IMG/VR virus record: IMGVR_UViG_3300020473_000013
Span: 124,001-188,000 of that record
Length of the DNA stretch: 64,000 nt
Strand: one strand, 5' to 3'
The position numbers and the translations under genes are program-made. Below, in pieces: positions 1 through 8,036 of this stretch. The stretch's first letter is position 1. The number at the start of each line of letters is the position of its first letter. The notes below the pieces were generated by a model. That model was not told the origin of the DNA and made no database searches. It saw only the letters and a list, made by a program, of their open reading frames with translations.

Positions 1-252
1 ATGGACGAGTTCTTCGAGGAGAACCTACGAAGCAACGAAAAGCTGGATGCTCGCGTCGCTGTGGTTCTGACGGGTGAACAGTTAGTGCGGATGGCTCTGA
101 TCGGAAATAGATATGCTGACAAATACAGGGAAATGGAGCTCGATAACGCACTCAAGCTCCTGAAGCCAAAGATCGACAAGCTGGAAGGGAAGAAATATAG
201 CGAGGTGATGGAGCTCCTGAAACAAGCGGAGGCCGGCTATGGCAAGGGTTAA
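1..252 (+). CDS. hypothetical protein (possibly 5'-truncated by the window edge)
   Basis: ORF with phage-like codon usage; overlaps the start of the next gene. Confidence 0.55.
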   Translation: MDEFFEENLRSNEKLDARVAVVLTGEQLVRMALIGNRYADKYREMELDNALKLLKPKIDKLEGKKYSEVMELLKQAEAGYGKG

Positions 253-1393
253 GCGCGGTACGGGAACAATCAAACGGAAGAACGCCCGTAACTATACACA
301 CAAGCAGGCTCAAGCCCGATTGCAGGAAACTGTCGAACCGTTCAACCAGCAGGTGCTCAACTCCCTGTACGTGGACAGCGTTGAGGTGGACTACTATCAG
401 GCGCAAGCGCGTATAGGTAAGACGTGCACCTGCGAGAAGGTGGAGGTTCGTCCTGAACACAACTCTATCACAGGCCATGAGAACGATTACCATGTTGAAC
501 CTGTGGTGCCGACTGTTGACGAAGACAGCAGCTCGGAACTGGGAGTCCGCCTGCAAGACGACAACCTGTTCGGCGATAGCCCTGCGGAAAAGCTGTACGG
601 CGAAAACGTCATGGACGTCAGTGGGTATGACGACATGGCGGATGACGACATTCCTGAGGAGCTGTATCGGGACGTTACCGCTAAGGAAGGAGACGTTGCT
701 TTCACCGAGACCACCATGTTTGGCTCTAATGCCAACTGCGGTATCTGCTACAAGACGGGCTTCCAGCCGGGATACAAGGCGTACGGCAAACAGCGCCATG
801 TGTTGACGACGTGGGACATCGAGCGGATCAGCGGGTACACGGTGGTAACGACGAACGCTCCAAACTCCATGCGGCGCCAAGGTCCTATCGAGCCCTACAA
901 CTTCGTCGAGTTCGCGATCAACGTTCCCAAATACTTCCAGTCGGTGACGTACAGCCTGCGAAACAATACGCAGGTCCTGACGGGCGAGAAATTCATGATA
1001 GACTGGGAACCCGCATCACTGCGCAAACTCAAGGAGTACGCAGGGAAGACAGCCGTTCTTCAGGTTCAGGCGAAGGAGTTCACGCATCTGGTGCTGGAGT
1101 TCGATCTTGGCATGGACAAGGTACGCGCCAACCTAGGACCTGAGAGCCGTGCGCTGGATTACAGCAAGATGGACGCGCTGTCCAACTTCCCAATCGTGCT
1201 TCCGCCAAATATACATGAGGTTAGCACAGGAGACATCGTTGTGGTGCGCGACCGGCGCCTCGTCCTGAAAGTCATGGACATGGAGAGGAAGATCACCGCA
1301 GACAAGAGGCAACTCGAATGGATGGTTCAGACGAGGCTCGTCCAGAGAACGGAACCGTTAAGAGAAATAGCGAAAGGCCTGAAACTCCTCTAG
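239..1393 (+). CDS. hypothetical protein with CTC and CGIC motifs (possible Zn-binding virion neck/head-completion protein)
   Basis: 384 aa ORF; KTCTC ... NCGICYKTG; function is inference only. Confidence 0.5.
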   Translation: MARVKRGTGTIKRKNARNYTHKQAQARLQETVEPFNQQVLNSLYVDSVEVDYYQAQARIGKTCTCEKVEVRPEHNSITGHENDYHVEPVVPTVDEDSSSELGVRLQDDNLFGDSPAEKLYGENVMDVSGYDDMADDDIPEELYRDVTAKEGDVAFTETTMFGSNANCGICYKTGFQPGYKAYGKQRHVLTTWDIERISGYTVVTTNAPNSMRRQGPIEPYNFVEFAINVPKYFQSVTYSLRNNTQVLTGEKFMIDWEPASLRKLKEYAGKTAVLQVQAKEFTHLVLEFDLGMDKVRANLGPESRALDYSKMDALSNFPIVLPPNIHEVSTGDIVVVRDRRLVLKVMDMERKITADKRQLEWMVQTRLVQRTEPLREIAKGLKLL

Positions 1394-1537
1394 CCTAACG
1401 CTTCGACGTAACGACGAAGCGTAGCAGGCCGCCTACGCCTTAATTAAGCGGAATGGAGAGTGGGAACGAATCAAAGGGCTGCACGTCCATCACGATAACG
1501 CCGTGAAAACGGTATACGGAAACGAGAGGGTAACCTA

Positions 1538-2158
1538 ATGGATCGTAATCAAGCAATAGCAGGTAACATGATCGCGCTGGCGCGCCGCAAGAAAAAGAAG
1601 GGAAGCTCCCGCTCCCAGATGCTGCGCATGGTAATGCCGATGCTGAGCAGGGAACACGGAGAGAAGCTGGCGGCGGCTATCAAGGACAAGAACGTCACAA
1701 AGCTGCGCCATGTGTGGGACCAGATCAAGAATGATCTGTCTGACAAGCTGGCTGCCGAAGCGAGCGCTATCAACAAGGAAGCCTCGTTCGAGGAAGCGAT
1801 AACTAAAATCTTCGACGACTTGTTCGCGGACCTTGAGACCGCTCAGGCCTCCAACCGTGACCTGTCCAGCCTGTTCGTGGGAAGCTCCGTGATTCCCCGT
1901 CGTAGTCGGGAGCTGGTGGCCAACGGCCGGATCGAGCTTACAGACTACAAAGGCGACACGTTGAATGTTCGCCTGGCCTCGATCAAGGTGAAACAATCCG
2001 GCTCGCCGGACACCAACCCGCAGGTGGACGTGGAAGCTGCGGTGTATCGCAACAAGAGCCGCAACCGCGAGAACACACTCAAGGCCAGCGGTGAACTCGG
2101 GGCGGCGTGCTCCGAAATCGCCATCAGCGCTCTATCGCTCATCGAGAGCGAAGGGTAA
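1538..2158 (+). CDS. hypothetical protein
   Basis: 206 aa ORF with GAGGG RBS upstream. Confidence 0.7.
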   Translation: MDRNQAIAGNMIALARRKKKKGSSRSQMLRMVMPMLSREHGEKLAAAIKDKNVTKLRHVWDQIKNDLSDKLAAEASAINKEASFEEAITKIFDDLFADLETAQASNRDLSSLFVGSSVIPRRSRELVANGRIELTDYKGDTLNVRLASIKVKQSGSPDTNPQVDVEAAVYRNKSRNRENTLKASGELGAACSEIAISALSLIESEG

Positions 2159-2175
2159 GAAACAGAGGCGGGCAG

Positions 2176-2601
2176 TCACGGCTGCTCGCCTTTCACGAAC
2201 ATCTGGTCCTCCGATAGTCCTAGCGTACCCCTGCCCCTTTTCACGGCGTTCGATGCAGTAAAGCCGCTGCCGAACGTCGCCCGCACGTATTCCTTCATAG
2301 ACTCCAGCATCGCCTCTTCCCCGCTGTCCTCTACCACACACGCAGCAACCTCGATCCTATCGTGGAACCGCATACGGCTATGTTCGTCCATCGTCCGAAA
2401 GACCTGAAGCATCCTAGCAATATCGAAGGTAGAAGACGGATCGACGAACAGTAACACCACGTCGTCTGTGTTCCGAGACAGCACCTCCAGTATGTCGTCG
2501 AACGTCTTTGGATTGAAGTCCGCAAAGACACATCCGCGTTCCGACTCCGCAACATAACTCCACTTTTCCTTAGGCATGTTCATGTTCTCCGCTTGGCTCA
2601 T
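2176..2601 (-). CDS. hypothetical protein (only clear minus-strand gene in the window)
   Basis: 141 aa ORF filling the gap, convergent with 1538..2158; no competing + strand gene. Confidence 0.6.
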   Translation of the reverse strand: MSQAENMNMPKEKWSYVAESERGCVFADFNPKTFDDILEVLSRNTDDVVLLFVDPSSTFDIARMLQVFRTMDEHSRMRFHDRIEVAACVVEDSGEEAMLESMKEYVRATFGSGFTASNAVKRGRGTLGLSEDQMFVKGEQP

Positions 2602-3430
2602 CGTTTCTCACTTTTTCGAGTGTCGCAAAGCGTCAAAAATCCGGTCTGTTACACTCTGTTACAAAAAAGATTAGGTGGTTACATAGGCCTTTGTGTTGGC
2701 CTGCACGGTAGGCTTGACGTGTCGTACCGTCCTTTCTGAAAATTAGCAGTTGTGAGGTTGGTCCCGTTTTGCTTCTAGGTGCTTTCGGCTCAAAACCAAA
2801 AAGTGTCAATGCGTATACGCTAGTAGCGTTGGCGAAGTGCTGCAAGCAGCGAGAGCGCCGCAGCTAACGCGAGCCGCCGCAGGTCGGCGAGAATTAGCGA
2901 GAACGCCGAAGCGTAGCCTGCAAAAGCTGAGCAGGCGCAAGCCGGATCGAGAGTCCGTAGATCGGCTCGCCCGCGAGCGTCGTCCCAGACGTAAGCGAGC
3001 CTCCAGAGCGAAGCGCCAGCGAGCGATCCTCCGTGCGAAGCCGTAGCGTAAGGCACCGTCAGGTGCCGTATGCGACGACATTTTCGCGCACTCCCGCCTC
3101 CCGTTAGAAAGCGCGTTAGAAAGCGCGTTCAAGACCAGTTGTTAAACGGCACACCTCTGTCTTAGCTCGGAGTCGGAAGACATCCGACGGTTGATTACGG
3201 AGCGGAGGTCTGTTACCATGGATACATTCGGTTACACTGGGAGATCGGGAAAGGAAATGAGCGGGAAATGCTTATCGGTAACACTCGCCTACGGCTCGCG
3301 TCACCAGCGAGCTTCGCTCGCGTCTCTATCGAGAGGAGGTCGGAAAACCGCTCCGCCTACGGCTCCGCTCTCGGTCGCTTCGCTCCCTCACGGAAATGGA
3401 ACCGCGAATCCTAATTTCCACGTACTGTAA
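2602..3430. other. large structured non-coding region; candidate replication origin or genome-terminus element
   Basis: No credible ORF; GTTAC repeats, a 12-bp tandem repeat and many GNA/GNRA mini-hairpins; lies between divergent genes. Confidence 0.45.
3103..3126 (+). repeat. tandem direct repeat GTTAGAAAGCGC x2
   Basis: Exact duplication at 3103-3114 and 3115-3126. Confidence 0.9.
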
Positions 3431-3500
3431 ATCGAAACCCTGCAAGCAGGTAAATGCAAGAGCTACGTTCCGCTCGCCGAAAAGTATGCAGGAGCACACC

Positions 3501-3767
3501 ATGCCGAAAGAACGCCTCTATTCCGTCAGTTATATCAGCTTCTTCGATAACGAAATGCACACCGCCTTCGTTATCACTAGCGAAGGTGAAATGGAAGCGC
3601 TACGTTCCGGCCTCCGCCAGATCATGCAGGTCGAAGACGACAATCCCGACGGCACCGGCTTCGATCACTGCAAAACACTGGAGGAAGCGAAGGAGCTAGC
3701 CTTCAACACCGACAGTATGCTGGACGTGAAGCGTTACCGCCGTTCAGAGGCCATCCAGGCTCGTTAG
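3501..3767 (+). CDS. small hypothetical protein
   Basis: ATG at 3501 with AGGAG RBS; 88 aa. Confidence 0.7.
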   Translation: MPKERLYSVSYISFFDNEMHTAFVITSEGEMEALRSGLRQIMQVEDDNPDGTGFDHCKTLEEAKELAFNTDSMLDVKRYRRSEAIQAR

Positions 3768-3777
3768 CAGCGGAAAG

Positions 3778-3792
3778 TGTAAATAGAGCGCA
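3778..3792 (+). promoter_or_regulatory. putative phage promoter TGTAAA-N6-GCA
   Basis: TGTAAATAGAGCGCA upstream of the ParB-like/modification operon; motif recurs before many genes. Confidence 0.6.
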
Positions 3793-3821
3793 TAGCCTCA
3801 ATTCAACAGGAGATAATCCCA

Positions 3822-4532
3822 ATGGCTAAGAAGGCACCTTCCGCCGAGAAGAAGGCAAAGTCTACCAAGAAGGCTGCGAAGACAGGCGGCAAGGTCAAGA
3901 AGTCCAAGCTGCCGAAGAAGCTCACGGTCAAAGCGCTCGCAGACGCCAGCGCTGAGTACAACCCGCGTGTCATCAGCGCCCGTCAGCTCAAGGGTCTCCA
4001 GACCTCATACGAGACGTTCGGTGACCTGAGTGGTATCGTGCTCAACCGTGCTACCGACACCATCGTGTCTGGTCACCAGCGCCTCAAGACACTGAAAGGC
4101 AAGAAGACTCGTGTGGTGACCGAGGACCACAAGGATAAGTACGGCACTGTCGAAGTCGGACATATCGAGGTCCTCGAGGATGGTACGCTCACCAAGATTC
4201 CTTTCCGCGTCGTAAACTGGTCCGACGACAAGGCGGAGAAGGCAGCCAACATCGCGGCGAACGCCCACGGCGGGGACTTCGACAACAACAAGCTGGGTAA
4301 GCTGTTGGAGGAGCTGGAACCTACTGAGGCCTTTGAGATCGAGCAGCTCGGTTTGGACCCGTTAACCATTCGCTCGCTCGGTGGTGGAGCCTCCGCTGCT
4401 GAGGAACCCAAGACAAGTAAGAAGGACAAGCCTGTCGAGGGCGAGCAGGATGATGACGATTCGTTCGGCGAGTACGACGAGAACTCCTTCGAGTTTGAAC
4501 ACCAGTGCCCTCGCTGCTCCTTCAAGTGGTGA
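3822..4532 (+). CDS. ParB/Srx-like domain protein with Lys-rich N-terminus and C-terminal CxxC ribbon
   Basis: YNPRVIS...FGDLSGIVLN...IVSGHQRL ParB-N signature; HQCPRCSFKW at the C-terminus. Confidence 0.8.
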   Translation: MAKKAPSAEKKAKSTKKAAKTGGKVKKSKLPKKLTVKALADASAEYNPRVISARQLKGLQTSYETFGDLSGIVLNRATDTIVSGHQRLKTLKGKKTRVVTEDHKDKYGTVEVGHIEVLEDGTLTKIPFRVVNWSDDKAEKAANIAANAHGGDFDNNKLGKLLEELEPTEAFEIEQLGLDPLTIRSLGGGASAAEEPKTSKKDKPVEGEQDDDDSFGEYDENSFEFEHQCPRCSFKW

Positions 4533-4537
4533 TCTGA

Positions 4538-5734
4538 ATGGCAAAGAAGAAGACGAAGACCAACGAGAAGTTTGTACCGAAGGACCCTACATCCAAGGTC
4601 GCCAAGATCGACGGCAGGGAAGTCGAGTACAACGGCGTGACGCTGGCTGATGATACCGGCGTCTCCCGCAATCATCTGGCTATCGCCGAGCCGTTGGAAG
4701 GCGGCAAGAGCCTCGTGCCTACGATGGCCAAGATCAATAAGAAGCGCAAGGACTTCACGTCCGTCAGCTTCTTTGCGGGTTGCGGTGGTGCATCCGTCGG
4801 CATGAAGATGGCAGGCTTCAACGTACTGCTATCTAACGAGTTCATTCCCGCGGCTCAGGACACTTATCAGCTCAATCATCCTGGCACCATCCTGAACAAG
4901 TCCGACATTCGTGAACTCGACCCTAAGGCCTTGCTCAAGGAGCTTGGCCTTAAGAAAGGCGAGCTGGATCACATGGACATGAGCCCTCCTTGCAAAGGCT
5001 TCTCCGCTGCAGGTGTTCAGGAAGACGGCTGGAACAAGGAGGTCCTTTACTCCGACGGTGTGAAACAGCGCGTGGATGACCTATTCGATCAAGGCATCCG
5101 GATGCTCAAGGGTATGAAGCCCAAGACGTTTACCGCCGAGAACGTGTCTGGTCTGGTGCGCGGCGTGTCCCGAGGTCTGTTCGCTGAGACCATAGAGGAC
5201 TTCAAGAAGGCCGGCTATCGCGTCAAGGCTGCGATGATCGAGCCCGTGAAGCTCGGCGTCCCGCAGACACGCGCCCGCCTCATCATCATTGGTGTGCGCA
5301 ATGACCTGAAGATGGACCCTGTATTTCCGAAGCCGTTGAAAGGACGGCCCGTTACCGTGCAGGACGTTCTCCCTCACATCGCATACCTCAAGACGAGCCT
5401 CAAGTCTCGCCTGACCTACGTTCCTGCTGACCGCCCTAGCCCCACGATCGTGGCATCCGATTTTGATACAGGGGAGAACGCGCGGTTCAGTTGCGGAGGC
5501 TGGGTAGAAGACGATCAAGGCCGCCGTCGTAAATACACGTTGCCCGAACTCCGCCGCGTCATGTGTTTTCCTGACGACTTCAAGTTGTCTGGGACTCCGC
5601 GCCAGCAATGGGAGCGTCTGGGCCGTTCACATGTCCCTCTCCAGGTTTACCACCTCAGCAAGGCAATCCGGGAGAACGTTCTGGAGCCCTACTATGACAG
5701 CAAGGGAGCGGATTACACCGACACGATTAAGTGA
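4538..5734 (+). CDS. DNA cytosine-C5 methyltransferase homologue, predicted carboxymethyltransferase
   Basis: Motif I FAGCGG, IV SPPC, VI ENV, VIII QTRAR, IX RRVMCFPD; motif X reads LGRSH (Asn->Arg). Confidence 0.9.
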   Translation: MAKKKTKTNEKFVPKDPTSKVAKIDGREVEYNGVTLADDTGVSRNHLAIAEPLEGGKSLVPTMAKINKKRKDFTSVSFFAGCGGASVGMKMAGFNVLLSNEFIPAAQDTYQLNHPGTILNKSDIRELDPKALLKELGLKKGELDHMDMSPPCKGFSAAGVQEDGWNKEVLYSDGVKQRVDDLFDQGIRMLKGMKPKTFTAENVSGLVRGVSRGLFAETIEDFKKAGYRVKAAMIEPVKLGVPQTRARLIIIGVRNDLKMDPVFPKPLKGRPVTVQDVLPHIAYLKTSLKSRLTYVPADRPSPTIVASDFDTGENARFSCGGWVEDDQGRRRKYTLPELRRVMCFPDDFKLSGTPRQQWERLGRSHVPLQVYHLSKAIRENVLEPYYDSKGADYTDTIK

Positions 5735-5738
5735 CCGC

Positions 5739-6011
5739 ATGACCGACCAAGACCTACACCAACTGAGGGAGCACATCCGTTCCCTTGAAAACCGCCTCCT
5801 CATAATGGGCTTGGCTCGCGAGGAGGCAGTTCAGGAATACCGGGTCCGTGTATCCTCCGAGTTGTCCATTGATCCGGACAGCCCTGGCTTAGCCTGCATG
5901 GAGCGAAGCATGTTCGTCTCCCGAGGCCAGCAGTTGGGGCTGTCCGACTCCGTATTGGAGAGCATGGCTGATGCACTGTTCCCTGCCACCGTCAGACCTG
6001 ACTGTAAATAA
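5739..6011 (+). CDS. hypothetical protein within the modification cluster
   Basis: 90 aa ORF filling the gap between the MTase and cmoA. Confidence 0.55.
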   Translation: MTDQDLHQLREHIRSLENRLLIMGLAREEAVQEYRVRVSSELSIDPDSPGLACMERSMFVSRGQQLGLSDSVLESMADALFPATVRPDCK

Positions 6012-6017
6012 AGGGCA
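6003..6017 (+). promoter_or_regulatory. putative phage promoter TGTAAA-N6-GCA
   Basis: TGTAAATAAAGGGCA directly upstream of the cmoA RBS; overlaps the upstream stop codon. Confidence 0.6.
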
Positions 6018-6036
6018 AACAACCGGAGGATTGACC

Positions 6037-6756
6037 ATGTACGAAGAAGATCGCGTTACCCCGAAGGATAACTGGGAGTTCGACGAGGACGTTGCCAAGT
6101 GCTTCGACAATATGCTGGAGCGCAGTATTCCCATGTATCAGGAAATGCGCAAGCTGTGTCATAAGCTCGGACGCAATTTCGTCCAGCCTCACAATTCCAT
6201 CATCGACCTCGGCGCTAGCCGCGGTGAAGCGCTCCGCCCTTTCATCGAGGACGACACTGCCAACAAATTCATGGCCGTGGAAATCTCCGAGCCTATGCGC
6301 ACTGTCATGCAGGACTTGTACCGGCATAATCCCAAGGTACGTATCTCCGATATGGACCTGCGCAAGCTCGACCAGAACGTGGGCACCCTCAGCTCTCATT
6401 CCATCTCTCTGGCTATGTCCATCCTGACTATCCAGTTCACTCCTATCGAGTATCGCCAGCAGATCATGCAGGCTATCTACGACATGTTGGAGCCCGGTGG
6501 AGCTTTCCTGTTTGTCGAGAAGGTGATCGGCAACACGGCGTCTCTGGACCGCATGTTTGTTCAGGAATACTACGACATGAAGAACCAGAACGGTTACAGC
6601 TACGAGGACATCCAACGCAAGCGCAGTTCCCTCGAAGGTGTTCTGGTTCCCGTGACAGCTAGCTGGAACGAGGACATGTTGAAGAACGCTGGTTTCCGTC
6701 AGGTGGACTGTTTCTACCGCAATCTCAATTTCGCTGGCTGGCTCGCAATCAAGTAA
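6037..6756 (+). CDS. cmoA: carboxy-S-adenosyl-L-methionine synthase (CmoA family)
   Basis: WEFDEDVAKCFDNMLERSIPMY, DLGASRG, LTIQF, VEKV, QRKRSSLEGV (conserved CmoA Arg), NLNFAGWLAIK all match CmoA; GGAGG RBS. Confidence 0.9.
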   Translation: MYEEDRVTPKDNWEFDEDVAKCFDNMLERSIPMYQEMRKLCHKLGRNFVQPHNSIIDLGASRGEALRPFIEDDTANKFMAVEISEPMRTVMQDLYRHNPKVRISDMDLRKLDQNVGTLSSHSISLAMSILTIQFTPIEYRQQIMQAIYDMLEPGGAFLFVEKVIGNTASLDRMFVQEYYDMKNQNGYSYEDIQRKRSSLEGVLVPVTASWNEDMLKNAGFRQVDCFYRNLNFAGWLAIK

Positions 6757-6764
6757 GGTGCATC

Positions 6765-7583
6765 ATGACTCTCCAAGTACGGGAACACATCACCAACACC
6801 GTAGCCAAGACGGGTGACCGATCCTGCTCGGTGCTGATGTCCTCTGGGATCGACAGCCACAGCGTCCTGTTCTCGTGCTTGGACGCTGGTCTGAAACCTG
6901 TAATCACCTCATTCACCTTGGATGACCGCGAGTCTCGCGACTTCCGAGCAGCGCGCCACGCTGCGGCCTACTTCGATCTGGAGTTCAGGCCCGTAGTTCT
7001 CAGCACGGACCTCACCAAGTTGAAGAAGCGCGTTCTCCAGATGGCGCGCCTTGGAGTTAAGGGTAAGACCGCCTTCGAGTGTCTCTGGCCTATGTTTACC
7101 GCGTTCTCTGCAATCAAGGAGGACGTGGTGTTTAGCGGTTACGGCGCCGACGCCTATTTCGCCTTGAGCAAGCGCGGCACCATGCACTATAAGGACGACG
7201 TGAGCAAGTACGCTCTGGAGGCTTTCGAGAAGTACAAGGAGCCCGACTCCCAGCTCAACGTCCTCAAGGCGTTCGCTGCCAAACGCGGTATCACCTACGC
7301 TCCTCCGTGGTTGAACAAGCACATCACCCGCCAGGTTCGGGAGCGTGTCTTCACCTGGGACGAGTTGAATCGGCCCAAGCAAAAGAATCCCGTCCGTGAG
7401 CAGTACGCCGAGTACCTCGCGGGCTGCATGGTGTACAATCATGTAAACTACCAGCTAGGCGACAGCGGAATCTCCGAGTTATTCACCAAACTACTGGACG
7501 ATCCTGTCTGGAACGCTGCGGGCTACAAATCAACCACGGGCATTTTTAACTCCGTGGTTCGAGGGGAGATCACTCAGGTATGA
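6765..7583 (+). CDS. asparagine-synthetase-like PP-loop ATP-dependent amide ligase lacking the glutaminase domain
   Basis: PP-loop SSGIDS and SGYGAD motif of the AsnB synthetase domain; 272 aa; no N-terminal Cys GATase. Confidence 0.8.
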   Translation: MTLQVREHITNTVAKTGDRSCSVLMSSGIDSHSVLFSCLDAGLKPVITSFTLDDRESRDFRAARHAAAYFDLEFRPVVLSTDLTKLKKRVLQMARLGVKGKTAFECLWPMFTAFSAIKEDVVFSGYGADAYFALSKRGTMHYKDDVSKYALEAFEKYKEPDSQLNVLKAFAAKRGITYAPPWLNKHITRQVRERVFTWDELNRPKQKNPVREQYAEYLAGCMVYNHVNYQLGDSGISELFTKLLDDPVWNAAGYKSTTGIFNSVVRGEITQV

Positions 7584-8032
7584 ATCCGTTTACCCATCTA
7601 CGCGCTCAGGTGAAAGCCAATCTGGAGCGCGAAGCGAAGCTGTCTCCTGCAGAGAGACGGCAGCATCAATGGCAGTTCTTCACGACCGTAGGCGAAGTCA
7701 CCTACATCGTAGGCAAAGGCGGTGCCAACACCATGTTCTATATGGTTGGCCAGAACGGTGAACGACACATGTGCAGCCCCAAGGACATGCTGGACATTAT
7801 CAGCTCCTGGGGCCAGTCACGGTTCGCTGTGTACGCTGTCTGTAAGAAGCCCAGCAAGTTCAGCCACGGTCCTTTCCAATCCGAGGAAGAGGCACTCGCC
7901 GTAAAGGATGCGCCGAAAGGAAGCTACATCGTTGGCATCACACCCGAGAACAAGGTGATCAGACTCCACAAGCTCAAGAGCGGCCTGATGGATGACAAGT
8001 GGGTCCCGTTCAAGCCGAAGAAGAAAGGATAG
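7580..8032 (+). CDS. hypothetical protein
   Basis: 150 aa; ATGA overlap with the upstream gene. Confidence 0.7.
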   Translation: MNPFTHLRAQVKANLEREAKLSPAERRQHQWQFFTTVGEVTYIVGKGGANTMFYMVGQNGERHMCSPKDMLDIISSWGQSRFAVYAVCKKPSKFSHGPFQSEEEALAVKDAPKGSYIVGITPENKVIRLHKLKSGLMDDKWVPFKPKKKG

Positions 8033-8036
8033 CACT

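Noticed and set aside
2806-3430. Short Arg/Ala-rich ORFs in the structured region
   Set aside because: No RBS, and composition is dictated by the hairpins; treated as non-coding.
4538-5734. Restriction-modification system
   Set aside because: No cognate endonuclease adjacent; phage context and cofactor-switch signature.
6037-6756. cmoA as an ordinary tRNA-modification auxiliary gene
   Set aside because: No cmoB or tRNA genes nearby; its neighbours are a motif-X Arg C5-MTase and an amide ligase, which better explain the need for Cx-SAM. Not formally excluded.
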